From: the human T2T-CHM13v2.0 reference genome, Homo sapiens
Strand: one strand, 5' to 3'
NCBI RefSeq assembly: GCF_009914755.1
Contig: NC_060931.1
DNA: 64,000 bases
Below the pieces are notes generated by a model, which did not search any database, was not told the DNA's origin, and saw nothing but the letters and a program-made list of their open reading frames with translations. The stretch's first letter is position 1; every line of letters begins with the position of its first letter. Below, piece by piece: positions 38,831-59,862 of the stretch. A program made the translations under genes and the position numbers.

Positions 38831-39683
38831 AATAATTGAACCCCTTCCGTTACCCTTTTCCTTTCTCCTTCCCATAGAGTTCACATTCTACAGTCATTAG
38901 ATTGGGCCAAGCAGAGTAGACATCCATGCCAGATGAAGGGTATGGGAGGAGCTGAAGTGGCCCAGGGCAGGTATATCAGAACAAGTGTGGAAAGGATATC
39001 CAATCAGTGGGCCATCCTGGCACAGGGTTTCGAGCTCAAGAAGGGTGAGGAGAGTGTCTCCCACGAGGAATGGCCCAGAGTGAAATATCAGAGCCCAAGT
39101 GGGAAAAGGAAGGCAATGAGGAGGCATGGCTTATTGTAGGGTATTGGAGCCCAAGGCTGGTGATAGATGGAGCCCAAGAAGAAGTCAACTGCCCAAATCC
39201 AAGTCCTGTACCACTGAGATGATGCCATGAGACCACGTCTATGGTCTTTCTAACAAAAACGCCTAACATTAGTCTACTCATGCAGATATTATACATAAAA
39301 CAAGCCCAAATTGAGAGACATTCTACAATAAAACATCCCTAATCTTTATGTCAAGGTTATGAAAATTAAAGAAAGATTGAGGAACTATTCCAAACTGGAG
39401 GAGGCCAAGGAGACACGACAACCAATTGCAACATATGAACTGGACAGGGTCCTTTTGCTAGAACATTTTGGGACAACTGAAGACACCTGAATTGGGAGGA
39501 TTTTGATGATCAACTGTAAAAGCATGCCCTGTTTATAGGAAATACATCAATAATATTCATGGCATCATGCTGGCAACTTACTCTCAAATTATTCAGGAAA
39601 AAATATTCTTTGTACTGTGTTTGCAACTTTCCTATAAGTTTGAGATTGCTAAAAATGAAAAATGTATGCTGGATAAAATATAA

Positions 39684-40011
<328 letters not shown>

Positions 40012-40854
40012 TAAATTATATTGTCGTTTATAAATCTATAAAAGCAAAATAAATGACAATAATAGCACAATACACAGGAGGGAGAAAATAAAAGCATACT
40101 CTTGTTAGGTCCTTTAATGTAAAGTGGCATAACATTATTTGAAGACAGTCCATGGTATTTAAAATGCATATTTTAAATCCTAGAGCAGTCACTGATAAAC
40201 AAAGGAACATTAGCAGTCAAAGGCATAGGAGTTCACAGGAAAAAAAAAGATAGCTGCATGAGTGTAGGAAGGAGTGTGATATGGCTTAGAAAAATAACTA
40301 AGAATGACATATTAATATGACATTTAAAAAGACAAATAGGTGAGGGGCCAAGATGGCGAATTAGAAGCAGCTCATGTGCGCCACTCTCACCGAGAGAAAA
40401 CAAAAGGGCTAGTGAACACTGACCCTGCAGGCCAACCATCTGAGAAACCACATTCAATCCATCAAGGCAGCAGGGGAACACAGATTGCAGAGAGGAATGA
40501 AGCTGGGGACCAGCCTGTCTGGGCTCAGCATGGAGCCAGGGGAACCACTACATGAGAAAGGGGGAGTGGGTGAGAGCCCCCAGGGGGATTCACACTGTTC
40601 ACAAGGACTTGTGCAAGACTGGGAATGGGAGAATCCCCCTGGTTTCCCCCAACACCCTGCTATCACACTTTAGACTGAGGCAGAAAGCCAGTCAGACATT
40701 TTTGAGGGGCAACTCCTGAGTGCAAGGGGACCTCTACAAGGCTTGGGCCCTGGAGCAGACCAGCACCAGCACTATAGCCCCAGTAGAGGCTGCAGTAGCA
40801 GTATCTGGAAGCAGTAAAATTGTTCCACCCCTCCTTGCTGGACAGGGCTAGGCA

Positions 40855-41680
40855 CCAGTTTCCAGCCCAGCAGTCCTGCTTCAGCCCTTAATGAGCCAGC
40901 CAGCCAGCCACTCAACCCAACTCTGCCACTTGCAGCCCGGTGGGCAACACTTGCTAGAGCTTGCAACCCAGTGGTCCCACTTTTGTGTGAACTCAGCTGG
41001 GGAGTGCAGTCTCCTACTGTCCTAGGAAACACCTGGACAGTAGACACCTGCCCCCACCACTGGTAGCCAGGCTGGCAATACCTGCTAGAGCTTGCAGCCC
41101 AGCAGCCCCACTTCTGTGTGAACTGAGCCAGAAGGCATAGCTTCCTGTTGGCCCAGGAAACACCTGGATGGCAGGCAGAGCCCATGACCCCGCCCACCCC
41201 ACTACTGGTAACCGGGTGCCAGAGCTTCTAGCCCAGTGGCCCTGCTTCTGTATGAACTCGAATGGAGGGCATAGCTTCCTGTTGTCCCGGGAAATACCTG
41301 GATGGCAGAGTGTGCAACCCCACCCACCCCCGCCACTGGTAAACAGGCAGACAATGCCTGCTAGAGCTTTCAGCCCAGTGTTCCCACTCCTATGTGAACT
41401 TAGCTAGAGGGCAGAGCTTCCTGTTGTCCCAGGAAATACCCAGATGGCAGGGTGAGCGTCCCCAGCCACCACCACCACCAGCAGACAGGTAAGCCATGCC
41501 TGCTACAGCCTACAGACCAGCAGTCCTACTTCTGCTTGAATCTGCTGAGAAGTGCAGACTCCTATTGCCCTGGAAACACCTGGATGGCAGGGTGGGCAAC
41601 TCCACCCACCCTTGCCTCTCATAGCCAGATGGGCCACACCCACTAGAGCTTCCAACCCAGCAGTACCACTTCTGCCTGAA
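40855..41680. repeat. About 135-141-bp tandem repeat array (about 6 units) in the L1 5' UTR
   Basis: CTAGAGCTT..AGCCCAG...GTGAACT...GGAAA(C/T)ACCTGGATGGCAG recurs at about 40954, 41085, 41220, 41361, 41502 and 41643. Confidence 0.85.
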
Positions 41681-42481
41681 TTCTACCTCAGTCTATAGTG
41701 CAGTAGGGGGGTTTAGGGGGAAGCCAAGGTGATTCTGCCATTCCCAGTTTTGCATAGGTCCCTGTGGAGAGTATGAATCCCCCTGGGGGCACCCACCCAC
41801 TCACTCTTTCCCATGTTCCAGTGGTTCTCCTGGCTCCATGCTGAGCCCAGACAGGCTGGTCCCCAGCTTCATTCCTCTCTACAATCTGTGTTCCCCAGCA
41901 ATCTCATGTTTTCCCAGGAAGCACACAGACAGAAGATTAGGGCTGACCTGGCAAGGATATGGCTTATATGCCAACTGCAGCCCCTGCCTGATTCAGCCCT
42001 GTGCAACCGAACACCCAACAAAAGAAACATGGGCATGGAGAGAGTAATCGGAGGTGGGAGGTCCTCCAAGATTCAGGAGTGGATTAGAATCAAGGCCAGT
42101 CGACAGACCACCTTATTCTATAATCAAACCCCAAGGGCATCAAAGAAGAAAAAAGCAAAAAAAAAATCCATCCAAAGGACAGCAGTTTCAAAGATTCAAG
42201 AGACATCGGCCCACACAAATGAGAAAGAACCAGTGCAAGAACTCTGGCAATTCAAAAAGCCAGAGTGTCTTCTTACCTCCAAACAATTGCCCTAGTTCCC
42301 TAGCAATGATTCTTAACCAGGCTGAAATGGATGAGATGTCAGATGTAGAATAAAGAATAAGGATAGGAATGAAGATCATCAATATACCGGAGATAGTTAA
42401 AACCCAATCCAAGAAATCTAAGGAGTACAATAAAACAATACTGGAGGTGGTAGACCAAATGGCCATTATAAGAAAGAAACA

Positions 42482-42873
<392 letters not shown>

Positions 42874-43221
42874 TCAGTGGTTGAAAACTGGCTCTCCTAA
42901 ATAATTCAGTCAGACGAAAATAAAGAAAAAAACAATAAAGGAGAATGAACAAAACCTCCAAGAAATATGGGATTATGTAAACAGACCAAATCTATGACTC
43001 ACTGGCGTCCTTGAAAGAGAAAAGAGAGGGAGAGAAACCAAGGACCTTGGAAAACATATTTCAGGATATCGTCCATGAAAATTTCCCCAATCTTGCAGAG
43101 AGGACAACATTCAAATTCAGGAAATGCAGAGAACTCCTGAAAAATGCTACAAAAGAAGGCCATCCCAAGACACATAATCATCAGATTCTCCAAGGTCAAA
43201 ATGAAAGAAAAAAGGCAGCTA

Positions 43222-43521
43222 GGGCCGGGCGCAGTGGCTCACGCCTGTAATCCCAGCACTTTGGGAGGCTGAGGCTGGTGGATCACCTGAGGTCAGGAGT
43301 TCGAGACTAGCCTGACCAACATGGAGAAACCCCGTCACTACTAAAAATACAAAATTAGCCGGGCGTGGTGGCACATGCTTGTAATCCCACCTACTCAGGA
43401 GGCTAAGGCAGGAGAATCGCTTGAACCCAGGAGGCGGAGATTGCAGTGAGCCGAGATTGTGCCATTGCACTCCAGCCTGGGTGACAGAGTGAAACTCCAA
43501 CTCAAAAAAAAAAAAAAAAAA
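43222..43521 (+). mobile_element. AluSp-like
   Basis: CTGACCAACATGGAGAAAC diagnostic; CAGCTAG on both flanks. Confidence 0.88.
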
Positions 43522-45770
43522 GGACAGCTAGAAAGAAAGGGCAGGTCATCTGCTAAGAGAACCCCATCAGGCTAACAGCAGACCTGTCGGCAGAAACCCT
43601 ACAAGCCAGAAGAGATTGGGGGAGCCTATATTCAGCATTCTTAAAAAACATAATTTTCAACCAAGAACTTCATATGCAGCCAAGTTGTTTCCTAAACAAC
43701 GGAGAAATAAAATACTTTTCAGACAAGCAAATGCTAAGGGAATTTCTTACCAACAGACATGCCTTACAAGAGGTCCTGAAGAAAGCACTGAATATGGAAA
43801 GGAAAGACCATTACCAGCCACTATAAAAAAACACTAAGTACATAGACAAGTGATACTCTAAAGCAGCCACACAAACAAGTCTGCATAACAACCAGCTAAC
43901 AACATGATGACGGGATCAAATCCACATGTATCGATACTAATCTTGAATGTAAATGGGCTAAATGCCCCCATTTAAAAGGCACAGAGTGGAAAGCAAAACC
44001 CAATGGTATACTGTCTTAAAGAGACCCATCTCACATGCACTGGCACCTCTAGGCTTAAAGTAAAGGGATGGAGAAAAATTTACCAAGCAAAAAGAAAACA
44101 TAAAAAGGCAGGGGCTGCTATTCTAATTCCATACAAAACAGACTTCAAACCAACAAAGATCAAGAAAAGATAAAGAAGGGCATTAAATAATGGTAAAGGA
44201 CTCAATTCAACAAGAAGACCTATCTATCATAAATATCTATGCGCTCAACCCAGATTCATAAAGTCAGTTCCTAGGGACCTACAAAGAGACTTAGATAACT
44301 ACACAATAATAGTGGGAGCCTTGAATACCCCCACTGACACTATTGAACAGATCATCGAGGCAGAAAACTAACGCAAGTATTCAGGACCTGAACTCAATGC
44401 TTGACCAAATATACCTAATATAAATCTACAGAACTTTCCATCTGAAAACAACAGAACATACATTCTTCACATCTGCACATGGCCCACACTCTAAAATCAA
44501 CCACACATATTGGACATAAAACAATTCTCAGCAAACTCCCAAAAACCAAAATCATACCAACCAAGCTCACAGACAATGCAATAAATATAGAAATTAATGC
44601 TAAGAATATCAATCAAAAGCATACAATTACATGGAAATTAAACAACCTGCTCCTAAATGACTTCTGGATAAATAATGAAATTAAGGCAGAAATCAAGAAA
44701 TTCTTTTAAACTAATGAGAAAAAAGATACAAGATATCAGAATTTCTGGGACACGGCCAAAGCACTGTTAAGAGGGAAGTTTATAGCACTAAACACCCACA
44801 TCAAAAAGTTAGAAAGATCTCAGATTAACAACCTAATATCACAACTAGAGGAATTAGAGAAACAAGAACAAACCAACCCCAAGACTAGCAGAAGACAAAA
44901 AATAACAAAAGTCAGAGACGAACTAAAGGAAATTAAGAGGCAAAAAAAAACCATACAAAAATCAATAAATCCAGGAGCTTTTTCTTTGAAAGAAGTAATA
45001 ATACAAGGTAGACTGGTAGATAAACTAATTTTAAAAAACAGAGAAGATCCAAATAAACACAATCAGAAATGGCAAAGGGTGTATTACCACTGACCCCCCA
45101 GAAATACAAAAAACCCTCAGAGATTATTATGAACACTTCTATACACACAAGTTAGAAAACCTAAAAGAAATGGATAAATTCCTGGAAACATACAACCTCC
45201 AAAGATTGAACGAGGAAGAGATTAAATCCCTGTACAGACTAATATTGAGTTCCAAAATCAAATGAATAAGTCATGACAGTAAGATTATAAAAAGGCCAGG
45301 CATAGTGGCCTTTCTATACCAGAAAAATACAAAAATTAGCCAGGCATAGTGGCACATGCCTGTAGTTCCAGCTACTTGGAGGCTGAGGTGGGAGGATTGC
45401 TTGAGTCTGGGAGGTTGAGGCTGCAGTGAGCCATGATCACACTACTGCACTCCAGCCTGGGTGACAGAGCAAGACCCTGTCTCAAACAAAAAAATCAAAT
45501 CAGTAATAAAAGCCTACCAAACAGAAAAAGCCCATGACCAGATGGATTCACAGCTGAATTCTATCAGATGTATAATGAAGAGCTGGTACCATTCTCACTG
45601 AAATTATTCTAAAAAATTGAGGAGGAGGAATGCCTCCCTAACTCATTCTATGAGGCCAACATTATCCTGATACCAAAACCTGGCAGAGATACAACAGAAA
45701 AAGAAAACTTCAGGCCAATATCCTTGATGAATATGGATGCAAAAATCCTCAAGAAAATACTAGCAAACTG

Positions 45771-46074
45771 GGCCGGGCGCGGTGGCTCACGCCTGTACTC
45801 CCAGCACTTTGGGAGGCCGAGGCGGGTGGATCATGAGGTCAGGAGATCGAGACCATCCTGGCTAACACAGTGAAACCCCGTCTCTACTAAAAATACAAAA
45901 AATTAGCCGGGCAAGGTAGCGGGCGCCTGTAGTCCCAGCTACTTGGGAGGCTGAGGCAGGAGAATGGCATGAACCCCGGGGGGCGGAGCCTGCAGTGAGC
46001 CGAGATCACGCCACTGCACTCCAGCCTGGGCGACAGGGAGACTCCGTCTCAAAAAAAAAAAAAAAAAAAAAAAA
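45771..46074 (+). mobile_element. Young AluY (Ye5-like) with a perfect 20-bp TSD
   Basis: GAACCCCGGGGGGCGGAGCCTGCAG variant; TSD AAGAAAATACTAGCAAACTG at 45751-45770 and 46075-46094. Confidence 0.9.
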
Positions 46075-47449
46075 AAGAAAATACTAGCAAACTGAATCCA
46101 GCAGCACATCAAAAAGCTTTTCCACCATGGTCAAGTAGGCTTCCTCCCTAAGATGCAAGGTTGGTTCAACACATGCAAATCAATAAATGTGATACACCAC
46201 AAAAACAGAACTAAAAACAACCACACAATCATCTCAATAGATGCAGAAAAGGCTTTCAATAAAATTCAACATCTCTTCATGTTAAAAACCCTCAAGAAAC
46301 TAGGCACTGAAGGAACATACCTCAAATAATAAGAGCCATTTATGAAAAACCCACAGCCAACATCCTACTGAATGGGCAAAAGCTGAAGGCATTCCCCTTG
46401 AAAACCAGAACAAGACAAGGATGCCCTCTCTCATCACTCCTATTCAACACAGTACTGAAAGTCCTAGCAAGAGAAATCAGGCAATAGAAAGAAATAAAAG
46501 ATGCTCAAAGGAAGAGAGAAAGTCAAACTCCCTGTTTGCAGACAATATGATTCTATACCTAGAAAACCCCACAGTCTCTGCCCAAAAGTTCTTTGATCTG
46601 ACAAACAACTTCAACAAAGTTTCAGGATACAAAATCACTGTACTAGCTGTGCACAGTGGCTCATGGCGGTAATCCCAGCACTTTGGGAGGCTGAGGCAGG
46701 TAGATCACTTGAGACCAGGAGTTTGGACCAGCCTGGCCAATATAGCTAAACCCTGTCTCTACTAAAAATACAAAAACTAGCTGGGTTTGGTGGCCCATGC
46801 CTGTAATTCCAGTTATTTGGGTGGTTGAGGCATGAGAATTGCTTGAACCCGGGAAGCAGAGGTTGCAGTAAGTCCAAGTCACACCACTGCACTCCAGCCT
46901 GGGTAACAGAGTGAGACTCTCATCTCAAAAAAAAAAAAAAAAAAGCAATGTACAAAAATCAGTAGTATTCCTATACACCAACAACATACACACTGTGAGC
47001 CAAATTAAGAATTCAATTTCATTCACAATAGCCACAAAAAAGAATAAAATAAACAGGAATACAGCTCTAACCAGCTATAACCAAGGAGGTGAAAGACCTC
47101 TACAACAAGATTTACAAAACACTGCAAGAAAGAAAACAGAGATGACACAAACAAATGGATAAACAATCCATGCTCATGGATAGGAAGAATCAATATTGTT
47201 AAAATGGCCATACTGCCCAAAGCAATTTACAGATTCAATGCTATTCTTATCAAACTACCAATGACATTTTTCACAGAATTAGAAAAAAACTATTTTAAAA
47301 TTCATATGGAACCACAAAAGGGTCCAAATAGCCAAGGTAATCCTAAGTGAAAAGAACAATGCTGGAGACATCACATTACCCAACTTCAAACTACACTATA
47401 AGGCTATGGTAACCAAAACAACATGGTTCCGTTACAAAAACAGAAATGT

Positions 47450-53618
<6,169 letters not shown>

Positions 53619-54125
53619 CCAGAAATATAGACTAATGGAACAGAATAAAGAGCCCAGAAATAATGCCACACATCTACACAATCAAGAAAAACAAGCAACA
53701 GGGAAAGAACTCTTCATTCAATAAATGATACTGGGATAACTGGCTAGCCACACGCGGAATATTGAAACTGGACCACTTCCTTACACCATATACAAAAATC
53801 AACTCAATATAGATGCAAGACTTAAATGTAAAACTTAAAACTATAACAACCCTGGAAGATAACCTAGGAAATACCATTCTGGGCATAGAACTTGGCAAAA
53901 ATTTCATTATGAAGATGCCAAAAGCAATTGCAACAAAAACAAAAATTAACAAATGGGGCCTAATTAAACAAAAGAACTTCTAGCAGCAAAAGAAACTATC
54001 AACAGAATAAACAGACAACCTATAGAATGGTATAAAACATTTGTGAACTATACATCCAACAGAAGTCTAATATCCACAATCTATAAGGATCTTAAACAAA
54101 TTTACAAGAAAAAAACACCACCATT

Positions 54126-54592
<467 letters not shown>

Positions 54593-55246
54593 TCAGAAAA
54601 TAACAGATACTGGCAAGGTTACAGAGAAAAGGAAATGCTTACACACTGCTGGTGGGAATGTAAATTAGCTCAGCCATTGTGGAAAGCAGTTTGGCCATTT
54701 CTCAAAGAACATAAAACAGAATTGCCATTCAACCCAACAATCCCATTATTGGGTATATGCCCAAAGGAATATAAATCATTCTACCATAAAGACACATGCA
54801 TGCATATGCACATCACAGCACTATTCACAATAGCAAAGATATGAAATCAACCTAAATGCCCATCAACAGTAGACTGGATTTTTTAAAATGTGGTATATAT
54901 ATACATTGAAATACTATGCAGCCATAAAAAAGAATGAGATCATGTCCTTTGCAGCAACATGGACGGAGTTGGAGACCATTATCCTAGGCAAACTAACACA
55001 GAGACAGAAAACCAAATACTACACATTCTCACTTACAAGTGGAAGCTAAACTTCTGAGTACATATGGACACAAAGAAAGGAAGAACAGACACCAGGATCT
55101 ACTTGAGGGTGGAGGTGGGAGGATGGTGAGGATTGGAGAAGTATCTATTGAATGCTAGGCTTATAACCTGGGTGACAAAATATACACCAAATTCCTATGA
55201 CACGCAATTTACCTACATATAACAAACCTTCACATGTACTCCCTCA

Positions 55247-55666
<420 letters not shown>

Positions 55667-55887
55667 TTCTGTCACCAGAAGACTCCACAAGCAAAACTGA
55701 AAGCAAACATCAAGTGTGGGGGAAAAAAATCTCCAAATATATTCCAAAGGGCTAATATTGCCAATATAAAGAGCTACTACAAACCAGTAAGAAAATTATA
55801 GGAATTACAATGTAAAAACAGACAAGATAGGAGCAGGTAATTTGTAAAGGAAGAAATAATGGGCAAAAATATCCTTATTCTAACTGA

Positions 55888-56161
<274 letters not shown>

Positions 56162-56176
56162 TGAATTCATACAAAC

Positions 56177-56344
56177 CTGTAATATTGCTCTTTCAGGTAA
56201 CAGTGAAATGTCACATTTTAGAGTCTCATCTACAAGAAAGACTTCAGAAGAACTTCGTTCAGGAAAATTGGATTCTTCTGCAGCAGCTCTTTTGAGTATT
56301 AACCTATTTTTCCATTTTTTCAATTGAAGTTCATGTTTTAATAT
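56177..56344 (-). CDS. FBXL13: FBXL13 coding exon, 168 nt, ending in the start of the F-box
   Basis: ttttcattgcag|ATA TTA AAA...TTA CAG|gtttgt encodes ILKHELQLKKWKNRLILKRAAAEESNFPERSSSEVFLVDETLKCDISLLPERAILQ. ISLLPERAILQ is the F-box start motif. Phase 0/0. Confidence 0.93.
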
Positions 56345-57247
56345 CTGCAATGAAAATAATTTTAAAATTCCATGGAATTGCTGTAACGGTCAAGAGAGAT
56401 GACAGACACAAAGCACAGTGCTTGACACAAGAATAGGACCAATTAAACATTATTTATGATCGTCATCATTACTACATAAACTATAATTTTTCATAAGCAT
56501 GTTTAATGTTCTCTAAACCACCGAAGTATTACAGATCATTTCCATTAGTTGTCATAAAACACTGGCACAGGCAGCCATCTTGAAACGCTGATCTAGTCTC
56601 CTCTTTCACAGATGAGGAAGTGAGGACCACAAAGTCAAGGCTCTGGCAATGATAAAACTGGTAATTGGTGCATGGAGTGAAGGTGATTAACATACAGATA
56701 ACAAAAAAGGGAAGTCAGTAGTAATGCATTTGGGAAATTGCCAAATTTATTGTCACAGGAAGTCCCCATTTTAACTTTTGATACACTTCTGAAAACTGTG
56801 TAATAAATAAAGGTAGTATTTCAGTCATAAACATATACACAATATTGGCATAATATATATTGATGTAATATATATATGTGTATGTGTGTATGTATGTATG
56901 TATGTGTCTGTGTATATACACACACATATTAGAGCCTGAGGCAGAACACATGTGGAGCGCTTGACACACAGGTGTTCCCTGCCTCTGCTCCCAGCATACA
57001 CTTGCCATCCTCACTCCATTTAAGTGAATGTAGAATGATTGTTAGGTCAATAAATCATATATCTAGAAAAAAAGTTCTCTAAACACACAATTAACTATAT
57101 AATATATATAATATACATATATCTTGATGATATTATAGTACATATAGCATAAATTATATATATTAATATATATCAACCACTGTGTGCAAAACATTACGCT
57201 CAGCATATGGACAATACTAAGAGAACAATACTGCCTGCTCTCAGGGA

Positions 57248-57439
<192 letters not shown>

Positions 57440-58125
57440 TAGCTGAAGGGGGTGTATAAGGGGGGACTGGTCATGTACAGTTACCTATTTCACTATTAGA
57501 CAATCAGTGATCAGGCATAGAGGGCAGTTATCAAAACACTAGCTTAACATACAGACTGGTGGAAAGCAGTGAATGAGCAGACTAACATAGTATTAGGTAC
57601 CCAAAGTAGAGCTGTTTCACTGGTAACATTGAAAAGGTAGTTTGCAAAAGGCAAAGCCTAGAGGACAGCCTGCAAGACCACCAGCTCAAAACCTATAGAT
57701 TATAAACTTCTAGAGAGCATCTCAAGTAATCTCTGAGATGCTTAAAGCTCAGCACAGGCTCTAGCATTGTTTTAGGCATATGTAAGTAATAAATCTCCTC
57801 ATACTCTTTTGCTGCGTGTGTGCTATTGTCAGTCTCAACATCTGAACCAAATTTAGGTGAGTAGAGGCATTGATCCATGGGGCAACCACAAAAGAAGGGG
57901 ATTTAACTTCACCCCACATTCTCTTTCCTATCTACCCTTACTTTATATTTCAAAGAATATTAATAAAATATCTCCTACTAAATAATGTAACTACAGAAAA
58001 AAAAATCCAGCATGTTTCTACATCTGATCATAGTGTTACTTTGAGCATACTAAACCAATATTAAGTAATGATATACTAATAGCTGAAGTAAATTTTAAAT
58101 TATTAAGTTAAAGAACAAGAATCCC

Positions 58126-58444
<319 letters not shown>

Positions 58445-58562
58445 TCAAAAGTAGATAATATTCAGGATTTTAGTATTTTCCACACACGGCATTACTATTT
58501 GAGGCAACATGAATATAACTGAAACATTCGGATTCTTAAAAAATTGTTTCAATATACAATAC

Positions 58563-58672
58563 CAGCTCATCTTCTTTCTTTTTACTCTTATGTCTTGCTG
58601 TATTCCGCCATTTTGTTAGGATAATGGTTAGCTTGTGACAATAGATGATCTGTTGTATCCGCAATAGCATAT
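58563..58672 (-). CDS. FBXL13: FBXL13 coding exon, 110 nt
   Basis: tccttcag|AT ATG CTA TTG CGG...GAT GAG CTG|gtattg encodes (N)MLLRIQQIIYCHKLTIILTKWRNTARHKSKKKEDEL. It joins in frame to both neighbouring exons. Missed by the ORF track. Confidence 0.92.
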
Positions 58673-59713
58673 CTGAAGGAAATTTACTAGATTACTGTAT
58701 ATATTAATAGTTATAGCTGTTTCCAAAAAACACAAAGTGATTTAATAGTCTATCATGTTTATGAGACAATGTCGCATCTGATCGTTTTTGTTTGGTCTTA
58801 TTTACACTTGAAATTAATTACTTTTGATAGCATTAGTACTCTCGAGACTTTACGAACTGGGAAACATCACCTTTGCCCTTAGAAATTAAGATGTAAAACT
58901 GCAATAGAAATGTCAAGACATGTATCATTTCCTTTTTTTAAACAAGGTTGTTCTTTGTAAAACCAGAACTTCTAAACTTTTTCATAAGAAATACAGTCAT
59001 AAGGTAGCATTTAGATCCAATGCCTTTGAATTTAATTTTATGTCCTGTGATTAACCAGTTCCTAACCCTTCGTTACACTAATGTTAAAATTTTCGGAGGG
59101 TCCACTCTAACTGAGGTACCAACCAAAGCCAGCCAAAAAGAAATGATTCTCTGGTTTGCAACAGTCATAAACAAGTTGTTATCAGGAGAGTTGCAAAAAA
59201 ATCTAACTGGAAGACAAGAGCTCTTGGAGGTTATACTGAGTGAGCATGGATCACATGAATGTACCTCCCACCCACTCAGTATAACCCCCAAGGTCTTAAG
59301 AGAAGATAATTTTTATTTTTTAGTTTCGTCATATATACATTAAATATAATCTTTGTAAAAAGCATAAACCTCTTTACAAAAATAGTCAATTTTGGTACCT
59401 GTCCATACTATTTGGAACCCATCCAGCTCTCTATTATGTAGAAAAGCTCATAGTAGATTCTATTTATATTCATGTATACATACACACAAATGCACACAAG
59501 ATTTGATTTTAAATGTTTTCTATTAAAATAAAATCCTTTGAGACAAATCTCCTTAAGTATTTTTAAATTAGCAGCTCTACCTTCATTTCATGACAATTGT
59601 CTAGACATAAAAATGATAGGTTCTCTAAGTACCCAAAGTATGCTTAACTGTTAGTTTTTTTATTATTTCAATAAATGGATACAAAAAGTAATTGCTACTA
59701 TGTAAGAATTTAC

Positions 59714-59862
59714 TTTTAAGTTTTTCTTTCTGGTCTTCCATATAAGAGTGCCAGTGATGAAATACAGATTTTTGAAGTCTGAAATTGTAGCATGTCACTG
59801 CTCTGTTCATTTTTTCAGCCAGGACGACATTTTCATTTGTACGAGCTATGTCTCTCCAAGTG
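59714..59862 (-). CDS. FBXL13: FBXL13 coding exon (N-terminal region), 149 nt
   Basis: Minus strand reads ...ctgcag|C ACT TGG AGA...CTT AAA A|gtaaat. It encodes (C)TWRDIARTNENVVLAEKMNRAVTCYNFRLQKSVFHHWHSYMEDQKEKLK, matching recalled FBXL13, and its phase fits the next exon. Confidence 0.92.

Noticed and set aside
40855-41680. Regularly spaced repeats resembling a CRISPR-like array
   Set aside because: Whole units are homologous, with no unique spacers and no cas genes; they are L1 5' UTR tandem repeats in primate DNA.
59020-59343. 107-aa plus-strand ORF in the FBXL13 intron
   Set aside because: No recognisable homology or exon structure; length is compatible with chance.
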